Shown here piece by piece: positions 36,865 through 49,099 of a stretch of 64,000 nt of DNA. A model generated the notes under the pieces. It was not told the origin of the DNA. It saw only the letters and a list, made by a program, of their open reading frames with translations, and searched no databases. Numbering within the stretch: the stretch's first letter is position 1; each line of letters opens with the position of its first letter. This DNA is from Torpedo marmorata (taxonomy: Eukaryota): contig OZ360239.1 of the NCBI GenBank assembly GCA_977017645.1, forward strand, positions 29,078,001 to 29,142,000, given 5' to 3'. The translations under genes and the position numbers were made by a program.

Positions 36865-38710
36865 AATTTTCTTGCTTAGCATTTCCCTTGTACGTTCCCA
36901 CTGTACAAGGCAAGTTACAAAGAATATAATTGTGGCCACCTCGTGAAAAATCGAAGAACACAAGGTGGCCATAACATTCTTATTTGTAAGACTATTGTAG
37001 CAACCGCATTCTTGGATTTTATGGTTGCCCAGTATCCAGAACACCACAGGATGCAGGAATCAAGATTTCACTTAGTTAACAGGTATATCTTTTCAATTAT
37101 CTTCAGGTTATGGATTTGATCAGCACTAATAACATGAATATTTAATGTGCTGAAGCTACCACTACACTTATTCCTGCACAGAAATATTAAATTTAATCTC
37201 CATCTTTTCTCACTAACCTAGATACGATTGGGTAATTGGCATAGAGATTAGTCAGAACACAGCCTCAGGCCTTTTGGGGACTGGGTAGGAAAATGGTCCA
37301 AGCTGATGAGGTGAATATCTCGTCTCTGTAAACTGTAAGGCTTCCAAGTAAAATAGTTTGTCTATTCTTATCCAAGCTACTTGTAAGCCAAATCCATTTT
37401 TTTTAAAATTGGCACTTTTAATTCAACACAAATTGATGGCTTCAATTGGAGGGGGCACAAGGATCAGAAACAAAGATATGCAGCAAAGATGGAAGCATTT
37501 TTCTAAAGTAGAGGCCAAGATTATGACCGGACTATTACAAAGGGAGCCTTGCTTTGTGTATAGTCTCTGCAGTGCCTAATGTGAGAGTGATTCAAATACA
37601 ACACTGAGTGGAAAACTTTTGAAAAAGTCCAGTTCTCCACTTTATATTCATAGTTAGCACATATCACTTATTTCTTAATGAAAGGTCATCGGACTCAGAT
37701 GAACTTGCTTTATACAAAAACGTTTTTGTACTGCCTGGCCTCAAAAAGTCAAATGAAACATACTTCTAACTTGACAACAGTATTCATTTTTGATGCTTGT
37801 GAACGAAGTGACCAGTTAAGTGGGGATAGGGAATGGAATGGGATTAATAACAGAAGTACACCAAGTCCCAGGATGGAAATAGAAAACCAATTTAAGCAAA
37901 TATGGATGAGTGTAAATGGCAAGAACCACAGAATTCAATAGGCTTGTGTGTCACACAGTGTAAATATTTTCGAGCTATGCCACTGACATTTTCTATGTCA
38001 TGGGACCTGATCATGTGATTTGAAAGTAAAGCATTGCATGCAAAATTTAATTTGGAATTATGACTAATCTGAAGAATTCCAAAGAAGCACTGATTCGACT
38101 GGGAAATTCAGCCCCATTTATAAGGTAGCACAAGGTTATAATCAAGTACCCCAGTGCAATATGGTAAAAGATTCCTTGAAAACATCTCAAAAATAGATGA
38201 AGCATTGGTTATTAAAATTTTCAGTGGTCATTTGTACCATCAGAAGGGTAAAATTACAAGATTAATTTAATTTTAGATAATACTTACCCCACTCAAGATA
38301 GTTTAATTGATATCAACTGAAATACTGGTTGTAGAAGCACAACGACAAGGTGAAACCAAATACAACTAACATGAGTAATTATTCACTATTACTTCATTAT
38401 GAAAGACAATTCCATTCATTGCAACAACGCTTGTTTTCATGGAAGTCCATGATCCAGAACAAAACTACATAAAGAAATCAGGAGCGCCAAACATCACCTA
38501 TGGGATCTTGAATTAAATTTGTTCAAATTACCCTCAGAAAAATGCCAGACAACAAACTTTACATTAAATGACAGATCCTAATTCACCCCCACTCTAAAAT
38601 ATAAAGATGTGAATGTGAAAGACAGAAGAGATTTTAAAAGCTGAAAGATTACACAAGCAGAGGTGTTGTTACTGGAATTTCAGGACACTGCGTAATGCCT
38701 GTTAAAGGCA

Positions 38711-38952
38711 AAATTTATTTAGACATACAGCACGGTCCTTTAAATTTTGGCCCACGAGCCTGTGCCGCCCAATTACACCAATTGACCTACAACCCCGGCA
38801 GATTTTGATGGTTGGGAGGAAACCGGAGCATCCGGAGGAAACCCACACAGACACAGGGAGAAATGCAAACTCCTTACAGACAGCGCGGGATTCGAAACGG
38901 GTCCCGGTCGCTGGCGATGTAATAGTGTTGCTCTATCCGCTACGCTAACCGT
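38711..38952 (-). mobile_element. tRNA-derived V-SINE (HE1-like)
   Basis: Same family as 36615 and 40228; B-box gtttcgaatcc on minus. Confidence 0.85.
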
Positions 38953-39684
38953 AATGAAGCCAACCTCTATTTCAAAGCATTTTGAGCATCAAGTTATACC
39001 TTGCGACTACAAACAATTCAGGTTTCCCCACAGTAACCAAAATTCCATTCTCTGTTAATTCAATGCAATTGTAGAAATAAAGTTTGCCTGCACTTAATGT
39101 AGTGAAAGGCACTATACAAATGTAAACCCCTTTTCTATTAATTAGGATTTGTACGCATATTTTACTTAACCATACAATATACTGTATATCCTGCACACTT
39201 GATAAAATTATTTTAAAAAGGCATTGTTTGAGAAAAATTACAGAAATCCTTGGGTTTCCTCCCCCACATTCGTGGCAAAGGAGATAAAATAATGGAAGAA
39301 ATCATCCAGAATATCATGTGGAAGGATCAGTACAAAGCAACTCACAGTTCAATGCATTATTAATACTTTTCTGTCACTATACCAGAAATGCTTAAGAAGC
39401 GAGATACAACAATGCTCCTTCAGGACTTGAGTGTTACCAATCACATCTTTAATCCCACTCCTAAAGTAATTTATGCTTGGTAAACCAAATTCTAAAGCTG
39501 TTTTTTTAATGTTGGTCTTAAGCAGATCTGTAGATAATTACTTGTCATGGTTATATTTAAGAATCAGAAGCATAGTCCAACTGGACATGCTACTTGCCAA
39601 GTACTGACAAGTGAAATATTTGCCAACTATGACATCACCGCATGTAAAAATCATCCCTCTCGTTTTTTGCAAACCTCATTATTA

Positions 39685-40168
39685 CCGTATATGCCAGCAT
39701 ATATGACGATCCTCGAAATTTAAAAAAAATGTCACCTTAAAATCAGGGGTCATCTTATACGCCGGGTCTAAAATCCAAACCTTGACAGCGAAGTCTCAAC
39801 ACCGCTGCCATCTTCGCTCCGGCTCCGACGCAATCTTGTGCATTTCCTGTTATCAACGTAGTCTCAGTGCTCCCCCGCGGGGTCCATCCGCCCAGTCCGA
39901 TTGCCATTGGCTCTGTACAGGCTTTAAACGGCTTATTACAGGAGCCAACGGTGATTTATTTTAAAATATACTAATAAAATTAAAACCTTTACAGGGTAAT
40001 TTAGTATTAAAATATTGTGATTTGCTTTTAACAGCATCCACTGGTCAGCGGTAAGTGCCAGATTTGGGGGTCATCTTATACAAAGGGTATCGTTCAAAAC
40101 ATACATTTTAGGTGGAAATTCCAGGGGTCGTCCTATGCACAAGTCGTCCTATATGCCAGCATATATGG
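39685..40168. mobile_element. Non-autonomous Tc2/pogo-like DNA transposon (MITE)
   Basis: TIRs ccgtatatgccagcatatatgacga and (revcomp) ccatatatgctggcatataggacga; TA on both sides. Confidence 0.8.
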
Positions 40169-40227
40169 TATTATAAGTGAAGCTTATTTACAAAATTATG
40201 TCTTTCCATTAGGGGAAGGTCTGATGC

Positions 40228-40500
40228 AAAATTTTAAATTTTATAAATTTTAAATTTAGACATACAGCACAGTAACGGGCCCTTTCGGCCCATGAGCCCG
40301 TGCCGCCCAATTACACCCGATTGACCTACACCCCCGGTATGTTTTGAATGTGAGAGGAAACTGGAGCCCCAGGGGAAAACCCACGCAGACATGGGGAGAA
40401 CGTACAAACTCCTTACAGAAAACTCGGGATTCAAACCCCGGTCCTGATCGCTGGCGCTGTAACAGCGTTGCGCTAACAGCTACACTAACCGTGCCGCCCC
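40228..40500 (-). mobile_element. tRNA-derived V-SINE (HE1-like), full length
   Basis: Head ggggcggcacggttagtgtagctgttagcg, V-domain, tail gggccgaaagggcccgttactgtgctgtatgtctaaattt. Confidence 0.88.
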
Positions 40501-41242
40501 ATTTTGGTGTCTGCCCATCTCAGTTTTGAAACAATTACAGCATAGTAAGGAAGAAATGGTTAAAATAGAGAAAGTGCCAAAAGTAAACATTCTGAAATTC
40601 CATCTGATTATCCAAATTAAATACAAAACAAATCACCAATAACTTTGTTTAAAAGGTATTCAATCATGAGCCCATTTCTCTGCATAAGGGTAACCACCAG
40701 TATGTTCAAACACGGTTTGAAGTCCAGCGTTGGTGTTCAGCTGCAGAAGCATATGATCAGCCTTCCCTTGAATACTTTCAAAAAACTTTAAAATTCTATG
40801 AAAACTGGGTCTCGGGTTTTACTTGGGCTCCCCGCTCCCTGCTCCCCCCCCAAACACAAAGACACAAGAGCAGATCAAGCGGTCCAGTGCAGCTGCACCA
40901 GGCAGGAGATTGCTGCTATGTCCCTTTCTTGGCCAAGCCTTGCCTCCTGTCAGTTGATGAGGGAGGACAACTAAAGGTTATACCCTCTCTACCTAATCAA
41001 TAACCGGGTTGTCCCTGCTGCCAATTAGCAGCAAACACACAGTAGAACTTTAATGAACCTGGAGCCAATACTTTGTTTAGTCCAGTGGCATTATTAAAGA
41101 AAACCGTACCACAATGATTGGTCTCTTGCATCAAGTTGAACTTTGACATATGCTCCATCCGTGACAAAAACATCTCACGTGTAACAATCTGAAAGTATTC
41201 CTTTGGTTAAGAAGACCACAGCTTCTCAGCGTCTCCTTTAAA

Positions 41243-41285
41243 TTTTATAGGGCGGGGTGTCCTGACGTGGTTGGCTATTGATTTG
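41243..41285 (-). promoter_or_regulatory. Candidate Pol II core promoter (half-CRE, GC box, TATA)
   Basis: Minus strand: ...agccaaccACGTCAggacaCCCCGCCCTATAAAAtttaaagg. Confidence 0.35.
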
Positions 41286-42164
41286 GGAAGAAATGGTGGA
41301 TAACGCGGATTCTTTGAATGGTCATTCCTCTTTCAAAACCAAAGTGGAGGGAGTAAAAGCACAACCCAAGTCTCAGAAAACAATTCTTGCTGCGATGAAC
41401 TCTTACTCAGCGCAAAAGTTGTCTCCTATCACCAATATACTCAAAGAGCCATGACTAACAAGGTTATGAATCAATGGCTGAAGATAGAATTAGGGTGCAC
41501 TGCTCCTTTTCAACCCATTTGGAGGCTTTCTCCATGCCATAAATATTCTTGGTCAGTTTCTTTCCTACTGTTAAAAGACACTTATGTGGGCCTCTCATTG
41601 GTAAAGGTGATGCCTTTGAACCGTTTTAAAACTGTAACCTCAGTCACTGGAAAGCGCTTACAGTTCGAAAATGTCTCCCATGGGAATGGATTTCAATACA
41701 CCTATACCCAATTCAACCATTATTATTCAACTTAACTTGCATTTCTTTCAACTCCACCTCCTGCCACTTACATTGATTGCAAAGAACTTTGAGGACCAAA
41801 TTCTCTTCACCCCACAGGCAACAAACTCTGAGGAAAGTGGGTATGTCGCTGGTGGAACAAAACAGACAAAATTTACCAGAATATCTACACAGAAAACATG
41901 TTTTAATTTAATGCAAACAGTGCAGCAAGAACCAAAACAAAAAAGGTCAATTAAAGCCCAAATCCTTCATCTACCTTCCCATTAGATACGATTCTCCCAT
42001 TAAGCTGCAAGGCAGACAGTGCTTCAACCAACACGTTTTAAAACACATGTGGGTTTTCAGCAGTTCATATGATTTTGATACAAATCTTGAACAGATTTCT
42101 TTTAGTTTGAGATATACGTGATGAGTTTATGCTCCTAGCACAGTTGAGCTGGGAGCATATATTT

Positions 42165-42340
42165 CCCCGCGAGAGAGCGCTGAGACTACGTTGATAACAG
42201 GACATGCGCAAGATTGCGTCGGAGCCAGCAGGAAGATGGCAGCGGTGTTGAGACTTCACGGTGAAGGGGCGGATTTTAGACCCGGCATATAAGACGACCC
42301 TGATTTTAATGTGACATTTTTAAATTTCGAGGATTGTCAT
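42165..42340 (-). mobile_element. Fragment of the 39685 MITE family in inverted orientation
   Basis: Reverse complement of ~39700-39880 (both translate spuriously as KSQHRCHLxxGSDAIL). Confidence 0.85.
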
Positions 42341-44278
42341 TTAGTGTTCTCACAATAAAGTCTTACAGAATTTATTTTTAAATTAACAGTCACTTATTTG
42401 ACACCAAACAACACATTTTAAACACAAATCAAATAATGTTGCTTGGACCAATAATTATTCAGGAATATTTGTAAATGTAATAATGCTCAAAATGATAACT
42501 AAAATTTGAATGTAAAACTGCCTACTTATACACAGAATGCACACGATTCAACCACACTCAATATGCAATACATACTAAAACATAACCCAAGTGTTGACCA
42601 TTCCAGCTAACCTGGGACGTTCCAACCCAAGACCCCTGGTAACCAGCCTGAATGCATGAATACTTACTCAGTCAAGAGATCAGATGTTATGACATATGCT
42701 TACACTGCAGGAATGGAGAGGAGAGTGCAAATCTGTGCGTTACTTTTGTTTTCCAAAGGAAAGATGTGATTGAGATAAAGGTAAAAAGGAGATGAAGCCA
42801 AAAACAATTAGATTATAAAGTTACTTTATAAAAATAAGAAAATTCTCAAACTGAAAGCGAGATAAGGAAAAGGAAAATAGATAACTAAAATAGGTAACTT
42901 GAGAAGGAGGCTAAAATGGAACTTCCTCAAATCATTCTTGTTGCACCCTGAAACTTTTATGAAAAAGGTGTCCTGGTCTGCAGTTTCACTTCTTCCTTCA
43001 CTGCCTCCAAGTTTAAACAGAACACCTTTTCCTCTTTTCTGACATTAAGGATTACAATTTCAACTCACAAATTCTAATTATCTAAATCTTTCTCAACTTT
43101 CAGCTTCCTCTCAGCTCATTTCTCTCCCCCTTTTTAATGGTGCCTCTATCCTTTCTGATCCTTCACACACTGATCCCAAATGATCAGTAGAGGCCTCTGC
43201 TCCATTCACCATATCCCATCAGTGAATTCCAATGATGCCTGCCATTCCCTTCCTGTCAATTTCCTTCACCCCAAACTGCAGACCCCTTTTCCTCCCAACT
43301 TCAGAATTCCTAATTGTTAGTATGAGATTGGCCATTTTTTTTCATTCCCCTCACTTATTCTGACTTACACCTTCACCCCTCTGAATCTGTAGGGCTTGGA
43401 TGGGGTGGAATTTATTACATATATCCCAAGAGGATTTTCTCAAGCAATATGTAGATTGCCCAAATGGACAGGATGCAGGAATAGACCTCTTGGAAAATGC
43501 AAGTGACTGGGGTGTCAATAGGAGAGTACTTTAGGGTCACAAGTTATAAAATAATTATGGGCAAAAAAAAACAATTAAAGTCCTAAATTGAGGTAAGGCA
43601 AATTTTGACAGGATTAGACCGGAACTTACAACGATTGATTGCAAGGGTGTTTGCAAGTAAAAGGGAGGTTTTTAAAAGGGAGTGGCGGGGGGGGGGGGGG
43701 GGGGGAGTTACAGAAAAGCATGCTCCTGCTAGAGTGAAGGACGATGCTGGCAACATTAGGGAACCCTGGATGACCAGAGATATTGAGGAGAAAGAAGGAG
43801 GTATTTGTCAGTTACAGACAGTTGAAATCAAGTAAATCCTGGCAGATAAGGTTAAGGGGAATCCTAAGAGATTGTACAAGTATAAAGGCAAAAGAGTAAT
43901 GAGGGAAAGATCAACAAGGCTGTGTATGGGTGAAGCCACAGGAGACCAAACTGAGCATTTCTCAGCCTAGTTTACCCTGGAGTAAAACAGAGCTAGGGAA
44001 CTAGTGAAGCAATTAACAATGTCTTCAGGAGAATCCACATTACAAAAGAGGTGGTGCTGGAGGTCTTAGAGGGAGATAAATCCCTGGGCCTGATCAAGTG
44101 TATTCTAGGACACTGTGGCATGCTGGGGAAGAAATTGCATGAGCCCTGGCAAAGATGCTTGCATTATTATTAAGCATGCATGAGATGCTGGAAGATGGTG
44201 ATTAGTTAACGTTGTGCATTTAAAAAGCTAGGGAACAACTACATGCAGGTGAACTTAATGGATTTTTAACCGGATCTA

Positions 44279-45356
44279 CCGTATATTTCGCCGTATAAGT
44301 CGACTCGCGGATAAGTCGACCCCCCTTTTTCAGCCTAATTTTAATGGTTTTATTGTATATCCGGCGTATAAGTCGACCCCCAATTTTCAGGCTGTCCGGG
44401 CCTCCCAGCAACAACCCAAAATTTGTTACAACACCCAAATCGCCAAGTAACAAAGCTGTAAATTAAGCAAGTAAGTAAAAAAAACAGTGAAAAAAACCTT
44501 TGCTTCTGGCCGGGAAGATGCCAAACGGAGCTGGGTCCAACTCTTCAGCTTCGGCTGCAGCCAGAGTCGGCGACGGGCGACTCCATTCTCCACATCGGGT
44601 GCGGTGCTGTCTTCATTGAAGAAGTCGCCTCGCTGCCCAAGTGTGCTCGGTGCAGGAACCACGGTACATGTCTTCTCCCAGGCAGGAGCGACGACGTTGT
44701 TCTCCCAGCAGGTGCGGCAACCTCGTTCTCCCGAGCAGGTGCGGGGACTCGTTCTCCCGAGCAGGTGCGGGGAGCTCGTTCTCCCGAGCAGGTGCGGGGA
44801 GCTCGTTCTCCCGAGCAGGTGCGGGGAGCTCGTTCTCCCGGGCAGGAGCGGCGACCTCGTTCTCCCGAGCAGGTGCGGGGAGCTCGTTCTCCCGGGCAGG
44901 AGCGGCGACCTCGTTCTCCCGAGCAGGTGCGGGGAGCTCGTTCTCCCGAGCAGGTGCGGCGACCTCAGGTTCCCGGGCAGGTGCGGCGACCTCAGGCTCC
45001 CGGGCAGGTGCGGCGACCTCAGGCTCCCGGGTAGGAGCGGGGACCTCGGGCTCTACAATTGTAGAATGTCTGGGTGGTTTATGGCGGCGCCCATCGGTGG
45101 GGAGGTGTCGGGGAGCGGCGCCGCCGGCGGTGGGGAGGTGCTTCCAGCGTCGACCTATACGCCGAATCGGTTTTTCATGGGTCGACTTATACGCCAAATC
45201 GGGTTTTCAAGGGTCGACTTATACGCCAAATCGGCGTGGAGTAGTTTTTGAGCTGATTTTAAGGTCTCAAAAGTATATCTGGTGTATAAGTCGACCCCCG
45301 TTTTTTGAGATTTTTTTGAGGGTTTCAAGACTCGACTTATACGCCAAAATATACGG
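44279..45356. mobile_element. Non-autonomous Tc2/pogo-like DNA transposon carrying a minisatellite
   Basis: TIRs ccgtatatttcgccgtataagtcga and (revcomp) ccgtatattttggcgtataagtcga; TA at 44277-78 and 45357-58; inserted in CR1. Confidence 0.9.
44681..45050. repeat. 27-bp GC-rich minisatellite, about 13-14 units
   Basis: gcaggtgcggggagctcgttctcccga and variants. Confidence 0.92.
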
Positions 45357-45750
45357 TACTTGCATTTTGAAAGGCAAGGACTGATTAGGCATAGACAGCA
45401 TAGCTTTGTGCACAGGAAACAGTGTCTCACTAATTTGATTTGTTTTTCTGATGAGGTGACCAAGATTGATGAGGTAGGGCAGTCGATGTTGTTTACATGT
45501 ACTTTTGCAAGATCCCACAAGGTATGCTGGTCCAGAAGGTCAACTTTCATGGGATCCAGGGAGCTCACCCTGGCCAAACACACAGGTAGAGAGGGCGGTG
45601 AAGCAAGCATTTGGCTCGCTTGCCTTCATCAGTAAGGGCATTGAGTACAGGGTTCATGTTACAAGATGCCATTGAGACTGCACATGGAGTCTTGTGTGCA
45701 GTTTTGGTCACCCAGCTATAGAAAATATTTAATTAAGCTGGAAAAGGTCC

Positions 45751-48700
45751 ACATCCATGTATCTATCCAATCTATTTTTAAAACTCAAGATCGAGCCCGC
45801 ATTCACCACATCAGATGGCAGCCCATTCCACACTCCCACCACTCTCTGAGTGAAGAACTTTCCCCTAATGTTCCCCCTCAACCCATCCAGCTTAAAACTA
45901 TGACCTCTCGTATTTATATCCCCCAATCTAAGTGGAAAAGCCTACTCGCATCCACTCTGTCTACACCTCTCATAATCTTGTAAACCTCTATCAAATCTCC
46001 CCTCATTCTTCTTCGCTCCAAGGAATAAAGTCCTAACCTGTTTAATCTTTCCTTCCCTGTAACTCAACTCCTGAAGACCTGGCAACATCCTAGTAAATCT
46101 TCTCTGCACTCTTTCCATCTTTTTGATATACTTCCTGTAGTTTGGCGACCAGAACTGCACACAATATTCCAAATTTGGCCTCACCAATGTCTTAAACAAC
46201 TTCAACATAACATCCCACCTCTTATTCTCAATACTTTGATTTATAAAGGCTAAGATGCCAAAAGCTTTCTTTACAACCTTGTCCACCTGCGATGCCACCT
46301 TCAGGGAACAATGTATCTATATTCCCAGATCTCTTTGCTCTTCCGCACTCCTCAGTGCCCTGCTATTACTGTGTATGTCTTACCTTGGTTTGCCCTTCCA
46401 AAATACAACACCTAACACTTGTCTGCATTAAACTCCATCTGCCATTTTTTGGCCCATTCTCCCAGTTGGTCCAGATCCCTCTGCAAGCTTTGAAAATCTT
46501 CCTCGTTGTCCACAATGCCTCCTATCTTTGTGTCATCAGCAAACTTGCTGATCCAATTTACCACATTATCATCCAGATCACTGATATGGACAACAAACAA
46601 CAATGGTCTCAACACAGATCCCCGAGGCACACCACTAGTCACAGGCCTCCAGTCTGAGAAGCAACCATCCACTACCACTCTCTGTTTTCTCCCACACAGC
46701 CAATTTTGAATCCAGTTTACAACCTCTCCATGGATACCTAGTATCTTAACATTCTGAACTAACCTCCCATGTGGGACCTTGTCAAAGGCTTTACTAACGT
46801 CCATGTAGACAACATCCACAGCCTTTCCTTCATCTACCTTCTTGGTAACCTCCTCGAAAAACTCTCCAAGATTCATTAAACACGACCTACCACGCCTTAA
46901 TCAGCCCATGGCTGTCCAAATACCTATATATCCTATCTCTCAGAACTCCTTCCAATAATTTACCTACTACTGACGGCAAGCTCACCGGCCTATAATTACC
47001 TGGTTTACTTTTGGAGCCTTTTTTAAACAACAGGACAACATGAGCTACCCTCCAATCCTCTGGCACCTCACCCGTGGCTAAGAACATTTTGAATATATCT
47101 GCCAGGACCCCTGCAATTTCTACACTAGTCTCCCTCAAGGTCCGAGGGAATATCATATCAGTCCCGGGGGATTTATCTACCTTTATTCACTGTAAGGCAG
47201 CAAGCACCTCCTCCTCTTTAATCTCTATATGTACTATGCCACTACTGCTTGTTTCCCTTCCTTCCTTATACACTATGTCAGTTTCCTGAGTAAATACGGA
47301 TGCAAAAAAACTGTTTAAGATCTCCCCCATCTCGTGAGGCTCCACACATAGACGACCACTCTGATCCTCTAGGGGACCAATTTTGTCCCTTACCATCCTT
47401 TTACTCTTAATATACTTGTAGAAACCCTTCGGGTTTACCTTCACATTATCTGCCAAAGCAACCTCATGTCTTCTTTTTGCCTTCCTGATTTCCTTCTCGA
47501 GTATTTTCTTGCAGTTTCTGTCCTCTCAAGTACCTCATTAGCTCCTTGTTGCCTATACTTGCTAAACACCTCCCTCTTCTTCTTAACCAGATCGCCAGTA
47601 TCCCTTGAAAACCAGGGTTCCCTATGCCTGTTAACTTTGTCTTTAATCCTAACAGGAACATGCAAACTCTGCACTCTCAAAATTTCGCCTTTGAAGGCAA
47701 TCCACTTACTTAACACACCCTTGCCAGAAAACAAAATATCCCAATCCACTCTTCCTAGATCCTTTCTCATTTCCACAAAATTTGCCTTCCTCCAATTTAG
47801 AATCCCACCATGAGGACCAGACTTATCCTTTTCCATAATTAACTTGAAGCTAATGACATTATGGTCACTGGACCCAAAATGTTCGCCTACACATACATCT
47901 GTCACCTGACCTGTCTTGTTCCCTAATAAGAGATCAAGTACTGCATCCTCTCTCGTTGGTACCTCTATATATTGATTTAGAAAACTTTCCTGAACACATT
48001 TCACAAACTCCAAGCCATCCAGCCCTTTCACAGTATGGGAGTCCCAGTCAATATTTGGAAAGTTAAAATCTCCCTCTATCACAACTTTCTGCTTCTTACA
48101 TTGGTCTGCTATCTCTCTACAGATTTGCTCCTCCAATTCTCTCTGACTATTGGGCGGTCTATAATACAACCCCATCAGCGTGTTCACACCTTTCCTGTTC
48201 CTCAACTCCACCCATATGGCCTCTGTAGACAAACCCTCCTGGCTGTCCTGACTTCGCACAGCTGAGATATTTTCCCTGACTAGCAATGCCACTCCTCCCC
48301 CTTTCATCCCTCCCCCTCTATCACGTCTGAAACAATGGAACCCCGGAACATTAAGCTGCCAGTCCTGCCCCTCCTGCAACCAAGTCTCACTAATAGCAAT
48401 AATGTCATAATCCCACATGTCAATCCATGCCCTAAACTCATCAGCCTTTCCAACTATACTCCTTGCATTAAAATAAATACACCTGAGAAAATTTCTATCA
48501 CGTACAAACCTTTGATTTCTGTCTATACATGCAGTCCTCGCATGACCTTTATCATCCTCCTTCTCACTAACTGCTCTAACATTCTGGTTCCCCTCCCCCT
48601 GCAAATCTAGTTTAAACCCATCGGGACAAGACTAAAAAACCTTCCCGCAAAGATATTAATCCCCTTCCAGTTCAGATGCAATCGTCCCGTCGGTACAGAT

Positions 48701-48980
48701 CCCACCTTCCCTGGAACAGAGCCCAGTGATCTCGAAACCTGAAGCCCTCCCTACCACACCATGACCCCAGCCACGTGTTAAGCTGCTTTATCCTCCTATT
48801 TCTAACCTCTCCAGCACGTGGCACGGGAAGCAATCCTGAGATCACTACCCTGGAGGTCCTCTATTTCAACCTAGCGCCTAACTCCCTGAACTCTCCTTGC
48901 AGGACCTCCTCACCCTTCCTATGTCGTTCGTCCCTACATGGACCACGACATCTGGCTGATCACCCTCCCACCTAAGAATG
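45751..48980 (-). mobile_element. CR1 LINE: 3' half of ORF1 (SGNH esterase) and nearly complete ORF2 (APE + RT), 3' tail missing
   Basis: APE: YFNARS, IAISETWL, GGGVALLV, GDFNFP, SDH; RT: NYRPVSL, MDVSKAFDKVPH, SGVPRGSVL, KFADDTK; ORF1: VHVGTND, VVISGLLPVP; several frameshifts. Confidence 0.95.
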
Positions 48981-49099
48981 TCAGCCACAAAAAAAACCTG
49001 TCTGCATTATGGAAACACCACTTGTTTTTTTCTTGCACTACTGTAACTTTTTAATATTTTTTCTCTGTCACAGCTACAGTGATATGTTTGCGCATAAGG

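Larger units (their letters stand above)
43390..45750 (+). mobile_element. Old, deleted CR1 LINE ORF2 fragment interrupted by a MITE
   Basis: Decayed APE end (gggcttggatggggtggaattt), IREPWMTRDI, QGLIRHRQHSFV..CLTNLICF, ESCVQFWSPSYRK. Confidence 0.75.

Noticed and set aside
44487-45384. Overlapping 190-250 aa repetitive ORFs
   Set aside because: By-product of a stop-poor 27-bp minisatellite
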